Below, in pieces: positions 1 to 10,949 of a DNA stretch of 64,000 nt (its first letter is position 1; every line of letters starts with the position of its first letter). Made by a program: the position numbers and the translations under genes. The DNA is from Octopus sinensis (Eukaryota), in assembly GCF_006345805.1 (NCBI RefSeq), contig NC_043011.1, positions 64,182,464 to 64,246,463 on the forward strand, written 5' to 3'. The notes under the pieces are model-generated. The model saw only the letters and a program-made list of their open reading frames with translations, ran no database searches and was not told where the DNA came from.

Positions 1-1842
1 TTGGCATTTTTCAGGTGACTCACTATCACAACACCTTTTTGTTTAGCCTTAATACTTCTTTCAAAATTGCTCATTGACTCACAGTACGGATATAAAATGT
101 TGGATGAAAATGAATATCATCTCATCTACATGGATGATTTGAAGCTCTTTGCAAAAAATGACCAACATCTCAAGGGCTTACTAATGTTTGTTAAACAATT
201 CAGCGATGACATCAGAATAAAATTTCGCCTCGAAAAATGTGCAAAAGCTACATTTATCAAAGGGAAAATGACAGAATCATCTAGCGTTAACCTTGACCAG
301 CAGAATATCATAAGAGAATTAGACCCAGCGGAGAGCTACAAGTACCTTGGGGTAATTGAAGGGGATGGAATAAGGCATTCAATGGTGAAGGAAAGGATCA
401 GGAGAGAATGTTATCGCAGAGTAAGACAAATACTCAAGACAGAGCTGAATGCGAGAAACAGGATCGAAGCGATCAATGCATTAGCCATACCAGTCGTGAC
501 TTACAGTTTCAATATCGTTAACTGGGCAATTACTGACTTATGTAATCTTGACAGAAAGTTACGAAAACCGTTGACAATGCATAGAATGAATCACCCTAAG
601 GCAGATACAGGACGAGAAAAAAGGGAGGCCGTGGACTTTTACAAATGGCAATAACAATGAAGATTGCTACAATTGGCTTAGACACCTACCGGAAAAACTC
701 TGAGGACTGGATGTTAAAACTTGTCTCAAAACATGAAAACAAGGAAGCATCGTACTTAGTAACAATACAGCAAAGGAATATGTAACTGAAATCCGAATAC
801 AACAAATTTCGGAATTAGACATACAAGAAACAAGCACAGAAAAAACTAAGTTCAATAAAACCGGTGCTACAACTGCTGCCTTAGATATTCTGAATGACAA
901 ATGGCAAGAAAAACCTCTCAATGGCAAATGCCCAAAGAGAGCGAATAATGCCGATGTTGACAAAGACCCGACCCAACATTGGCTAATGGCCTCTGGCTTA
1001 AAATCTGAAAAAGAAGGGTTTATCATAGCAGCACAACATCAATGCCTACCTACAAGAAACTACCAGGCCAACATATTAAAGAACTGGAGTAGACCAACAT
1101 GTTCTGTACGTCAACATCAAAATGAAACCATTGATCATGTTGTCTCCATGAGCAGTCTTCTTTTGCCTACAGAGTATCTCAACAGGCATGATAGAGCTGC
1201 ACAATATATTCACTGGATAATTTGCAAAATCCTGGACTTGCCCCATGATAAAAACTGGTGGGAACACAAACCACCTCCAGTGATTGAAAATGTCCACATC
1301 TCAATCCTCTGAAACTTCACCATTAAAACTGATAGAAAGATCTACGCGAATGGGTCAGACAACATAGTAAAAGACTTTAGATATAAAACATTTCTCCTCA
1401 TTGATATGACTGTCCGAATCGATATAAACGTATCTGTCAAGACCTACCAGAAACTGAGCAAATATAAAGATCTGGAAATAGAAATCATCAAAATGTGGAA
1501 CCTGAAGCCTTAAACAATACCTGTGGCATAGCTACCCTGGGAATGACAGCAAAAGAGGCTGATTGCCACCTAACTCATATACCAGGAATCCCCAAAATGG
1601 CAGAAATTCAAAAGATAGTGCGCATGGGAACTGCTCATAAACTACGCAAAATACTTTCTATGAAATCTCAAGTTTTAAAACAAACATACTTTTCGTATGG
1701 ATTTTTAGGCATTCACTAGAACTACACTAAGTACAAAACCAAATATATGGCACCAACAAGAACTTCCAAATTGTTGTCTCTTGAAGTCACTGGATGAGAC
1801 TTGGAGCCAGCTTGTGCAAGTGTAAAGCAAAAGTCAAACATA
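1..1842 (+). mobile_element. Decayed R4/Dong-type non-LTR retrotransposon (RT C-terminus, CCHC-like finger, restriction-like endonuclease), family B, copy 1
   Basis: HLIYMDDLKLFAK, YKYLGVIEGD, ETIDHVVS..EYLNRHD..AQYIHW and relics of the RPDI/LID/KY endonuclease motifs. Many stops and frameshifts. Followed by (AAT)n then (GAA)n. Confidence 0.88.
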
Positions 1843-1882
1843 GAATAATAATATTAATGATAATAATTTTAATAATGATAAT

Positions 1883-1957
<75 letters not shown>

Positions 1958-2067
1958 AAGTAGAAGAAGGGGAAGAAGAAGAAGAAAAATAAGAAGAAGA
2001 AGAAGGAGAAGGAGAAGAAGAAGGAGAGTAAAAGAAGAAAAAGAAGAAGAAGAAGAAGAAGAAGAAG

Positions 2068-2097
<30 letters not shown>
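1843..2097. repeat. (AAT)n followed by (GAA)n microsatellites; paralogs ~25900-26215 and ~40615-41075
   Basis: Direct inspection. These are the source of the poly-I/poly-E/poly-R pseudo-ORFs. Confidence 0.97.
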
Positions 2098-2098
<1 letters not shown>

Positions 2099-2479
2099 GG
2101 CAATAGTCTTTCTGAAATAATAAGGAATGTACAGAACTAGTGTGTCATCAGAAATATTCGTAAATTTTGGTTTAGTATGAAATGAAAAAAAAACAAAATA
2201 AGACCTAAATGCAGGTTCGTTGATGTAATCTTTATTTATATATATCTCATTAAGTATCTTGTAACTGCAATAGAGAAGAGAAGCTCCATCATATCCTGTA
2301 ACGAAAAAATAATTACAGACGTTAATGAAACAAATTCTTCGGTGAAAGTTTTGCTGAAATTACATTAGATAATTTGAAGAGTATGTGTCAAGATTTACCA
2401 TTCTTGTTACAGTTATAATTGATTGTGCATTACACTAATCTCGTTATTTATTTTATAAAGATATTATTGTCGGACTCAT

Positions 2480-2665
2480 ATCCTCACTCGGTAAAGCCGG
2501 ACATATTGCTTTCGGCATTTTGACTGCAATTACCATTTGAATTCTTATTCCACAGTGGTCGACTTTGTATTCCATCCCACTGGTGTTGATGAAATAAATT
2601 CCAACTGAACACTGGGGGTCGAGGTAATTCATAAACTTCTCTTGCGAATTTGCCTACGTGTATCA
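2480..2665 (+). mobile_element. Degenerate SINE relic; paralogs ~26570-26760 and ~41445-41640
   Basis: ggtcgactttg...cactgggggtcga aligns to the body of the 7092-7320 SINE. Confidence 0.6.
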
Positions 2666-2749
2666 AAATTTGAACTCAAGATATTTAATGAACTTCTGTA
2701 TTTAAATTCTGTTCCAATTATATAATGATATTTTACTATTACAAAAATA

Positions 2750-3000
2750 ACTGTACATTATTTACGTTATTTACAATTGACGGATATTTGTCCTCATCTT
2801 CTCTGTTGTTAACACAACGTTTCGGTGATGTACCCTCCAGCCTTCTTCATGTGTCTTGGGTACATTTTAACACCGGGTTCTCATTCCTAAGGTATTTTTC
2901 GATGTTATTATTAACATCTTGTTTCTTAACAACAAACAAGATTACGACGAATATCCGTCGAATCGTAAATAATGTATATACTGTACATAATTCCTCATCT
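2750..3000. mobile_element. Short Penelope-terminus-like element with ~45 bp inverted ends and a degenerate hammerhead-like core; paralogs ~26855-27090 and ~41730-41985
   Basis: actgtacattatttac..gacggatatttgtc and gacgaatatccgtc..gtaaataatgta..tgtaca are inverted. The minus strand carries acac-atgaaga-aggctg..cacc-gaaac-gtt-gtgt. Confidence 0.45.
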
Positions 3001-3389
3001 CATTAATATAGAACTGAATTATAACTGTGTTGTGTATTACTATATTATAACGTAATTCCTGCACTTGTGCGAAATTGAAAATAATCAGTTGGTAAATAAC
3101 ATTTAGAAAGTGCTTCATTGTGAATATACAAATAATATTCCTTCATTCATATTTATTTGTCCCTGAAGATAGCAGCAGCATTCGTGAAGTGGAAATATTG
3201 TAAAAGGTAATTCATGGTATTACAAACGTGTATAATCTCTCGAATTCTACTTAAATATATTTTTCTCGAATTCTACATAAATATCGCAAAACTTGTTAAT
3301 GTAGTATTTCGTTATTCGTAGTGACGATGATTTCCGGTGTTATTGGGTCTTTAATTATTTATAATACAATGTTATTAGGAAGATATTAT

Positions 3390-3465
3390 TCAATGTCGGC
3401 GATGTAAGATGACATAATGTACAGATTTTACGCACCTTTTTCTGGACAGTTCCAACACCACTATG
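3390..3465 (-). CDS. Candidate terminal exon 3C, copy 1: (R)[24 protein letters not shown]
   Basis: Strong acceptor cacttttaacatttgctttcag|C, phase-2 compatible, adds a fourth Cys. Present and open in all three copies (27241-27325, 42370-42445), with ATTAAA ~35 nt after the stop. Short enough to be chance. Confidence 0.3.
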
Positions 3466-3501
3466 CTGAAAGCAAATGTTAAAAGTGTAAATTTATACAT
3501 A

Positions 3502-3600
<99 letters not shown>

Positions 3601-4264
3601 GTGCACATTAGACATAAAAGCATAGCAATCTTTTCTATATGTCTGTAAAAAACTTAAAATATATACTTATTAGGAATGTATACATCACTTGACCAATTCT
3701 GGAAGAAATGGAAACGTGTTTCAAATAACAACTATTTCCAAAATCGATTTGACGAGATACGAACTTAAATTAGGAAATCTCAGACGTTCCATAAACTTTG
3801 TTCCTTCTATTCCTCCCAATGATTACCATAGAAAGAGTTGGGTTTTTTCACAAAAGTTTTACATTACCGTATCAGATAGAAATAAAAGTCTACAGTAGTA
3901 GCTAATGATAATATAAGTCATCAAAATGAAATGCGGCAAAATACTGAATTACAGCTTATTACTTTAGACAACAAAATATAAATAATGAATATATCTTACA
4001 CGACACGCCTTGTGAATGTATTGATCATAAAATTTGGCACATTCCCGACTTGTTTTATAAAAACACTTAGAATCTTTCCTAAGTATGCTGCAAAATAATC
4101 ATAAATCCGGAATTATATACAAAATTGATCACGTATTGGGTGCATCATAGATATTTCGAAATATCTTTAGAAAAGGCAGTCACAACAAACTTAGAATATT
4201 TTAATGTTTGTATATAATCTGTTACAATACGATAGGCATATCTCATAAAATATGTTATTCCGTA

Positions 4265-5060
4265 TTGAAGACGACGGCTGTAATAAGATTTTGAACACAT
4301 TACATGAGTGAACACTGCGTGTCACAGCTGGCAAGTTCACAGAATGCAGTCGGGATCTGGACACAATTTGGAGTGTCACTATAGAAAAGTGATGGATTAC
4401 ACTGGGCGAACACGATGTGGAAACATGTTAAAAGTTTCTGTCTTAACGATTATCTGTTTCATTCCTCCACACGATTCGATCAAAAACATGTTCACCGAGA
4501 ACCGCTTGATGAGATATGTTAATCATACCAACGGCATCATCTACAACCACTGGGTTTCATTTGGGGCTGTTGTTCACGAAAGAGTAATCTGCACAGGTTT
4601 TATGTGTGTTCAGTGTGAGTCTTCTATGTTAAAGGCCAAAATATTTTCATCAGATTAATCCACCAATCCAGATATTTGAAGTCGTAACAAACTTCGTATC
4701 AGACGTGGGCATGAAAACTGTACGTCGCCCTATTTGCAAATTAGATCCTGCACCCTATGACATTCAGTTTTTCCCAACATTGTGAATGAACAAGAGAAGT
4801 CGTTTGATGTATTTTAAATTATAAAGGACACATAAAAAGGATCGTGATCACAGTCAATTTCGAGGGCACCCGTGGATCATTCACGCAGAGGCTGGAACGC
4901 AGAGGTTGGAACGATGCAATTGGTGCAATGATGACTGACGAACCCAATTTGGACGTTATTAAGAAACTTTAGAACTTCATTGAAATGAATGCATGTTTTT
5001 TCTGCAATAAACCTTGTAAATGATATCTGTGTTTCAATACATTTCAAAGATCTTGGATTA
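4265..5060 (-). mobile_element. Heavily decayed RTE-like RT relic; paralogs ~43757-44560 and partial ~28735-28880
   Basis: Minus-strand EVCYDFKYLDWWI (cf. EVVDDFKYLGSWI), LMKIFW..CRLLFR and RSSLCVND..LTVIT. Motifs are degenerate. Confidence 0.4.
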
Positions 5061-5344
5061 AATATACTTTATTTCAAAATTGCAATTCAAAATTTTCTCT
5101 ATGAAGAGCAAATAAAATGTTTGCTACTATGTCTGTGCAATAAATATCTTTCTTTGGCGAAATTGGAATTAGTTTGGTCGTTTTAGCATACACACTACAC
5201 ATCGGGATATATATATATATAGGGAGAGTTTACGGAAGAAGATGAAAAGAGAGTAGGGGTGAAGAGAAATAGGAGTGCAGAGAAGTAGGTGTAGGGGCAA
5301 GAGAGGAGAGTTGGGTGGGAGGAAGTAGAAGTGAGAGGGAGGGG

Positions 5345-5376
<32 letters not shown>

Positions 5377-5633
5377 CAAACACATACGCACACACGCATA
5401 TATATATATATATAATGAGAGAGAGATAGGGTTATGAGAGGTAATGGTATCAATTATAATGGAAGGTGTCAGGTAATGCTGAGTAAGTGCTATGGATAGA
5501 CAACAGTTAAGCTCCAGATTCGGTGATTATGGGAAGAAAGAGTACAACGTAGGTCATATATCAGCATGTGTATATTTTAATTGTTTTTTCAAAATGAGAT
5601 AAAAACCAATGCTGTGAAGATTTTAGAACATTA

Positions 5634-5903
5634 TATTTATTATATCCGTTCATCGGAGACGGTGGTTTAACAATAGTTAATTTAGATAAGATACGAAATA
5701 GCGAGTGAATTAGTGGAATGAAGTAGATGTGAGATATGCAGGGATATTGCAATTATAGATCCATTATCTAGGTATGCAATATCCTTACATATCTCACATT
5801 TATTTTCATTCTTCTATTTCACTCTCTGTTTCCGGTCTTATCTAAAGTAACTAATGCTTCACCATTTTCTGACACCGTCACCTATGAAGGGATATAATAA
5901 ATA
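5634..5903. repeat. ~270 bp imperfect foldback (MITE-like) palindrome; paralogs ~29295-29505 and ~53109-53378
   Basis: Arms tatttattatatccgttcatcggagacgg...gagatatgcagggatattgc and gcaatatccttacatatctc...ccgtcacctatgaagggatataataaata are reverse complementary. Confidence 0.8.
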
Positions 5904-6159
5904 TCCTGGAAACACATAAGTAAGATATATATATATATATCTGTGTGTGTGTGCATTCTTGTGTGCGTGTGTGTGTTTCTTTATATTTCATAACAGTTTG
6001 CTTAAAATCTTATGTGATGTACGTATTTATTCTAGTTATTATATAATTTATACTAAGTTTATTATCATTATTCCGTACATCATAAACGAAACATGATCTT
6101 AATATTATTAAATTTCAATGTATTTATAAAAATTGCAATGCTATATATTTACAAAGACA

Positions 6160-6165
6160 TTTATT
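6160..6165 (-). terminator. Candidate polyadenylation signal of the peptide gene
   Basis: AATAAA ~320 nt past the exon-2 TAG. AATAAA at the homologous site in copy 2 (29821-29826) and the variant ATTAAA in copy 3 (53641-53646). Confidence 0.4.
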
Positions 6166-6249
6166 GTAAAAGATGTTTGGCGAAAATGCTATGGGTTTGT
6201 AAAAATTGAAATGCAAATTTATTAAAAAGTAACTTAATGTAATCGGACT

Positions 6250-6280
6250 TTAGGTCGCAGAACACTCACTAAAGTAGCAC
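6250..6280 (-). CDS. Candidate terminal exon 3B of the peptide gene, copy 1: (R)CYFSECSAT*
   Basis: tatatacatatttag|G TGC TAC TTT AGT GAG TGT TCT GCG ACC TAA is phase-2 compatible with CG|GTAGAT, and AATAAA follows at 6218-6223. The donor is weak and the segment is missing in copy 2. Confidence 0.4.
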
Positions 6281-6485
6281 CTAAATATGTATATATAAAC
6301 ATACATGTGCACGAAGATATATATATGTGTGTGTGTCTGTGTATTTGCTTGAGAGACAGTGACAGAGAGATTCGAGCAGATTCGACAGATATATAATGAC
6401 GGGAGAAAGAGATAGACTTAATTAGCATTAATATTTAGTATTATAAATACATAGCATAATATTAAATGTAGTCGTGCGAATATAT

Positions 6486-6589
6486 CTACCGGCAAAGATA
6501 ACTTTTTTGAGGATACGCTTTGAATGTCCAGTGGGGGTAATTGCATATTTTTTCAAACTGATGAGTGCATGACTCTTTCATCTCCACAC
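6486..6589 (-). CDS. Secreted Cys-rich peptide gene, copy 1, coding exon 2: (G)VEMKESCTHQFEKICNYPHWTFKAYPQKSYLCR*
   Basis: Long polypyrimidine acceptor (ttttttcttttgtttttttataatag|GT GTG GAG), phase 1 matching exon 1. Frame is open in all three copies, with invariant Cys, NYP, W, F and AYPQ despite up to 25% nucleotide divergence. Ends TGC CGG TAG (possible weak donor CG|GTAGAT after 6490). Confidence 0.82.
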
Positions 6590-7029
6590 CTATTATAAAA
6601 AAACAAAAGAAAAAATATATAATTGAAGCTATATTTAAAACCTATGCCAGTAAATATTAGAATACATTCTTAAGTAGAATATTCATCTCATGCTCAATTA
6701 AAATAATTGAGATATCTTTGAACTTTGCCTATAAATGTCAACTTTAAATGTGTTTTACTACGACATCTGCAAATGAAGAAACAGTCACTCCCACATTTTC
6801 AAAAATAGATTTGCCTACGCCTGTATATTCTAAATAATTTTGCATGAATATTTTGATACCAAATTTTATGTTGCAAATACTTCACGGACTAAAATGGAAA
6901 TTAATTTATTATCAAACATTGTTGCACCTCAGTAATTAAAATATATTTTATCATAACTTAGAAATTAAAGAGACGTAAAAAAAAGTTTATGATATTGGAT
7001 CAAAGTTGATGAATTTATATATAATCATT

Positions 7030-7450
7030 TCTACTACGGGCACAAGGCCTGAAATTTGCCGGGATGGAAATAGTCGATTATACCGACCCCAGCGGCAGAA
7101 TCGTTAGCGCGCCGGGCGAGATGCTTAGCAATATTTCGTCTGCCGTTATGTTCTGAGTTCAAATTCCGCCGAGGTCGACTTTGTCTTTCATCCTTTCGGG
7201 GTCGATTAAATAAGTACTTGTTACGCACTCGGGTCGATATAATCGAATTAATCCGTTTGTTTGTCATTGTTTGTCCTCTCTGTATTTAGCCCCATGTGGG
7301 TAGTAAATAAATAGGTATTTGATCTATCACGCCAAAATAATGTAAAGAAATTTCGACCACGGCAGAATTGAACTCAGAAAAAGACCCGGGCTAAAAGCTG
7401 CTACACATGTTGCCCGGCGTGCCTAAGAATCTGTGAGACCGCCGCTTTCA
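7030..7450. mobile_element. tRNA-derived SINE (+, 7092-7320) nested in an older antisense SINE of the same family; paralogs 30660-31085 and 54512-54925
   Basis: A-box-like GGCAGAATCGTTAGC and B-box GAGTTCAAATTCC. The flanks 7322-7450 and 7030-7091 are the head and tail of a minus-strand copy. Confidence 0.82.
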
Positions 7451-7609
7451 TGAAGTTTTAATAATGGTAAATGAATAGTTTGGTGGAACTTTCCCATTCG
7501 ATAGGCAAGTTTGAAAAATTCCCGAGCAGTTTCCTTCTTTTCTTTCTTTCTTTTTCTTTAATGAAAACAAATTTCTTTCTCTTTCATCCAATGTTCACAT
7601 ACTTCTATT

Positions 7610-8620
7610 TCCAGGTCCATTACTTCGAATCCCACTGCTTGAAACATTATTTCTCGTTGTAAAATATCGAGAGGCATGCCCCTAAATCTCAACTATTTAT
7701 TTCTAAATCATGAGGGAAATTGTGTTTTATTTTGTAAGAATATATTTTTTAAAAATCAAAAATGAAAACACAGAATTGACGGATACTTATTGTTATTGCT
7801 AAGCAGAGTGATTAATTTTCTAGTTATTAAATCTTTCCCTTCTTTTTCGTAATATTTGTGTCGTATTATAAAGTATATCTATAGCATATAACCACTGATA
7901 TGAACAGCAAATGTTAAATTATGCGTTAAATGTGAGAGGTTTTGTACAGAGAACTTAAACATGGTTTGATAAGCGTGTGGAGACGAGGCAATGGGTCGTA
8001 TGCAATGTTTCGTGTGGCGGGGACGTTCGAAAATGCACAGCAACGCCACAGTGCAATCAAGAGCACGTTCGTCACTTTCTTCCTTTATCTGCTCTATTGT
8101 GCACCGGGAATACGTCCACCAGAACCGAACCATCGATCGAGAGTTCTGCAGCGATATTTTCGAGTGTTTGATGTAGAACATTCGGTGAAAAAGACAGGAT
8201 CTGTTGTGTCCCAATAATTGGAATCCTCACTTTGACAATGCACCCTATAACCGAGCATTCCTTACTAATGCGTTGCCCGCCTAAAACAACATGGCATCGC
8301 TTCCACTCTCCAATTCTTATCAGATTTAACATCTGCGATTTCCATCGCTTCTCAAAGATAACAAAATGTAGTTCAATAGATGCCATATTCAGGCCGTTGT
8401 CCAGGACGAATCGCATAAGACCGTCGACTAGTTTCCGGATAACGACTTCCAGACCGGATCCCAAATGTAGAAGAAACGCTTGGATCGATGTATGATCAAA
8501 AGTATTAACTTCTATTAAAGATATCTTGTTCAGAAACATGTTTGTTGATTCAGGGAATTGAATCTCTTTAATTTTATTAAAAATCAAGCAGCAGCAGGGA
8601 AGAACGTAACACTGATAAAT
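7610..8620 (+). mobile_element. Decayed mariner (DD34D-type) transposase relic; paralogs ~31225-31945 (internal deletion) and ~55085-56090
   Basis: Plus-strand frames give TWFDKRVETRQ (cf. TWVYxYDPETK), IVHREYVHQNRTIDREF, KRQDLLCPNNWNPHFDNAPYN (cf. KRPxLWxxxxWxLHHDNAPAH), NNMASLP and FQTGSQM*KKRLDRC, with many stops. Confidence 0.8.
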
Positions 8621-10873
8621 AAAGAAATTTAATTATATCAAAGTACACAAAATACACACTCTAAAGGGTGTCAATAGGAAACACACAGGTAGAGATACGA
8701 AAAAACAGAAGTTATAATTTTAAACATCTATTCTTTCCAAACAGTATTATAAGTGTGAAAACATCTCAAAATACTAGTGAATGTCAGTCGTCAAAAATGT
8801 CTACACAGGACACTGTCATATTTCTCCTGCATTAGAGTCATAATCAAAGGAGATTGTGCAACCTGATGACGTATCCCTTTGGAGGTTTTCTTCACCATTT
8901 TGAAATGTATACTTGAACTGTACACATACACACATATATAATATATATATACAGGTTAGCATACACATACGCTTCATCAAACTAAAAAATACACAGGTGC
9001 ATACACACAGGGATCTTCAGTTATGTCTTCTAATACTCAAACAGATCAAACGGAAACGAAATAGGGAGAATTAAATGAAATATATGGATAACGTACGCAC
9101 TCACAGTGATACACATACATTCTAATGTATTCATACATACATACGTATATACACCCCTACACACACACAAATTTGGTTGAAAGATATAGAAACACAGAAG
9201 AAGAAGACAGGTGTGTGAACAGCAGGTATTAGCTTGACTCTCGAAAACAAAGTCAGAAAGTCTTTTACATTTCGACCCTACGCTCTTCAACAGAGTAAGG
9301 GGAAAAACGAAAAAAACGAAAAAAAACAAATCATATAGATTCATCAGTCCAACTTGGCGAATCATTCGCCATGCCGGACTAAGGAACACTACACGTTTTG
9401 TTTCACTTTCTCTCTGATTATTTTCTCATATGGATTCGTGTTGAAAAGATTAATCTCGAAACGTACAATATTTTTGATTTCTTTCCTCGAACTAATACAC
9501 TTGCTTGTTGTTCGTACATCTGTCTCTGTATTTCGTCTTTCTATAAATTTCAACTATATAACATACGCTCACTTAGTTACGCCAGTTTGATCCTGACTGA
9601 ATAAACTACGTATTGGAAGGGCTTATGTTAAACCCTTCCCGAACCTTCAGCCCCTGTCCCCATCCTCATACCAGCACTCCGCCTCGATTACCATTGTATC
9701 TACTGCATCTACCTTCAAGGATTTTACTGGAGGTTTCAATGATCTTAAATGGCATCTTTATTAATAGAAGAATGTTTGAATGTCGTACGATGCATTATCT
9801 ATGAATAAGATGAAACAAAATATGATTAAAGGTTTAGGGAATTATTAAAAAATACGTATTTGGTAATAGAATGACTTGATATAGTCTGATACATTATCTG
9901 TTACCGATGTAAATCTTTTTTAATGTTACCCAGATTAGGGAATAGGCTAAATACACGAGCGAATGGTATTAAGACACTGACATAAATGGTATAAATTTAT
10001 AAATAGAAAAATCACTGAATATTGTCTAATATGCTATCTGTTACGGAATTGGACGAAAATGTGCCAAACCCAGTTAGTTCATTATTCAGTTGCTTTGAGC
10101 TACTTAATAAAGTGTCTTATTGTAAATATAATGATCAAGTATATTTTCAATTCGAATAAACATAGAGTAACATTAGAATATAGGAATGCATCCTGTTTAA
10201 GACGTTGGCAGCATGCAAGCGATTCATGAGACTGATTAATAATATTCGAATTCCCATTATTAATATGGAACACCATACAAATAGGGAACCAAAGGCAACT
10301 CCCGCATCTCCCATCATATAGCAGCACATAACTTATAATAAACAACACAATTTTAAATTCAATACAATTTTTCGGTGAGTGAAAATAAAAGTTTAGCGAG
10401 AACGCTATAATTATTGGAATGAGGTGCGTTGATAGGTCGATGGTTTGTAGTATAGATAGCGCAATGCGTTTACTTAGAACTTAGAAAACTAAATGAACCA
10501 GTATTAGATGCATCATACGTTGCTGGAGTATACTAATGTGTATGTCCGTGCGTGTTTATATAGGCAGACTTGTTCAGACTACCTCGTGATGTTTAGAGTC
10601 GTTAAAATGTTGCAAGTACTTAATTCTTTTTCACAACGTGGCACTCATTTAATGGATTTACTGGGCCACGTTTCGCCGGAACGCTAATTTATGCGGACAT
10701 AAAACAAGCTAAGCTCTTGAAGCGGCTGCGGATGATAACGTAGGAACAGATTCTTCCATACTATCGTGCGCACACACGCATTCACACACATATCCATACA
10801 TAATTACACATATATATATAAATATATATATATATATACTTATAAAAAAATATATATATCCATATATGATACG

Positions 10874-10920
<47 letters not shown>

Positions 10921-10949
10921 TTATAAAAGAATATATATATCCATATACA

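Noticed and set aside
1794-2120. Numerous ORFs of poly-I, poly-E, poly-R, poly-N, YI/IY and HT/CV repeats throughout the ORF track
   Set aside because: These are translations of (AAT)n, (GAA)n, (AT)n and (CA)n microsatellites, with no coding evidence.
4650-4810. Plus-strand peptide FHQ..FEVVT..YDIQFFPT..SRL resembling Gypsy RNase H
   Set aside because: Only scattered residues match and the DAS/TDH motifs are absent. The opposite strand fits an RTE-like RT somewhat better.
6250-6500. CRCY motif (model B) recalling scorpion K+ toxins and CS-alpha-beta defensins
   Set aside because: The Cys spacing C-x7-C-x16-C-x-C-x4-C lacks the CxxxC helix motif and the sixth Cys. A four-residue match is not evidence of homology.
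8072-8587. 171-aa minus-strand ORF, and the 100-111 aa ORF (7879-8214) open in all three copies
   Set aside because: These are antisense shadows of the plus-strand mariner transposase relic. The 171-aa frame is broken in copies 2 and 3, and there are no supporting splice or start signals.
9647-9726. Alternative exon 2 giving MKIYIFLAFLIC-V(K/L/I)SLKVDA-VDTMVIEAECWYEDGDR(G/C)*, with an attractive signal-peptidase site
   Set aside because: The acceptor (cattgaaacctccag) has no pyrimidine tract and has competing upstream AGs. The terminal Cys is not conserved, and it has no phase-1 donor to link to the well-supported exon 2. RNA-seq could still test it.
10183-10375. Plus-strand exon-like segment ending in a perfect GTGAGT donor
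   Set aside because: There is an in-frame stop in copies 1 and 3, the segment is deleted in copy 2, and no partner exons were found.
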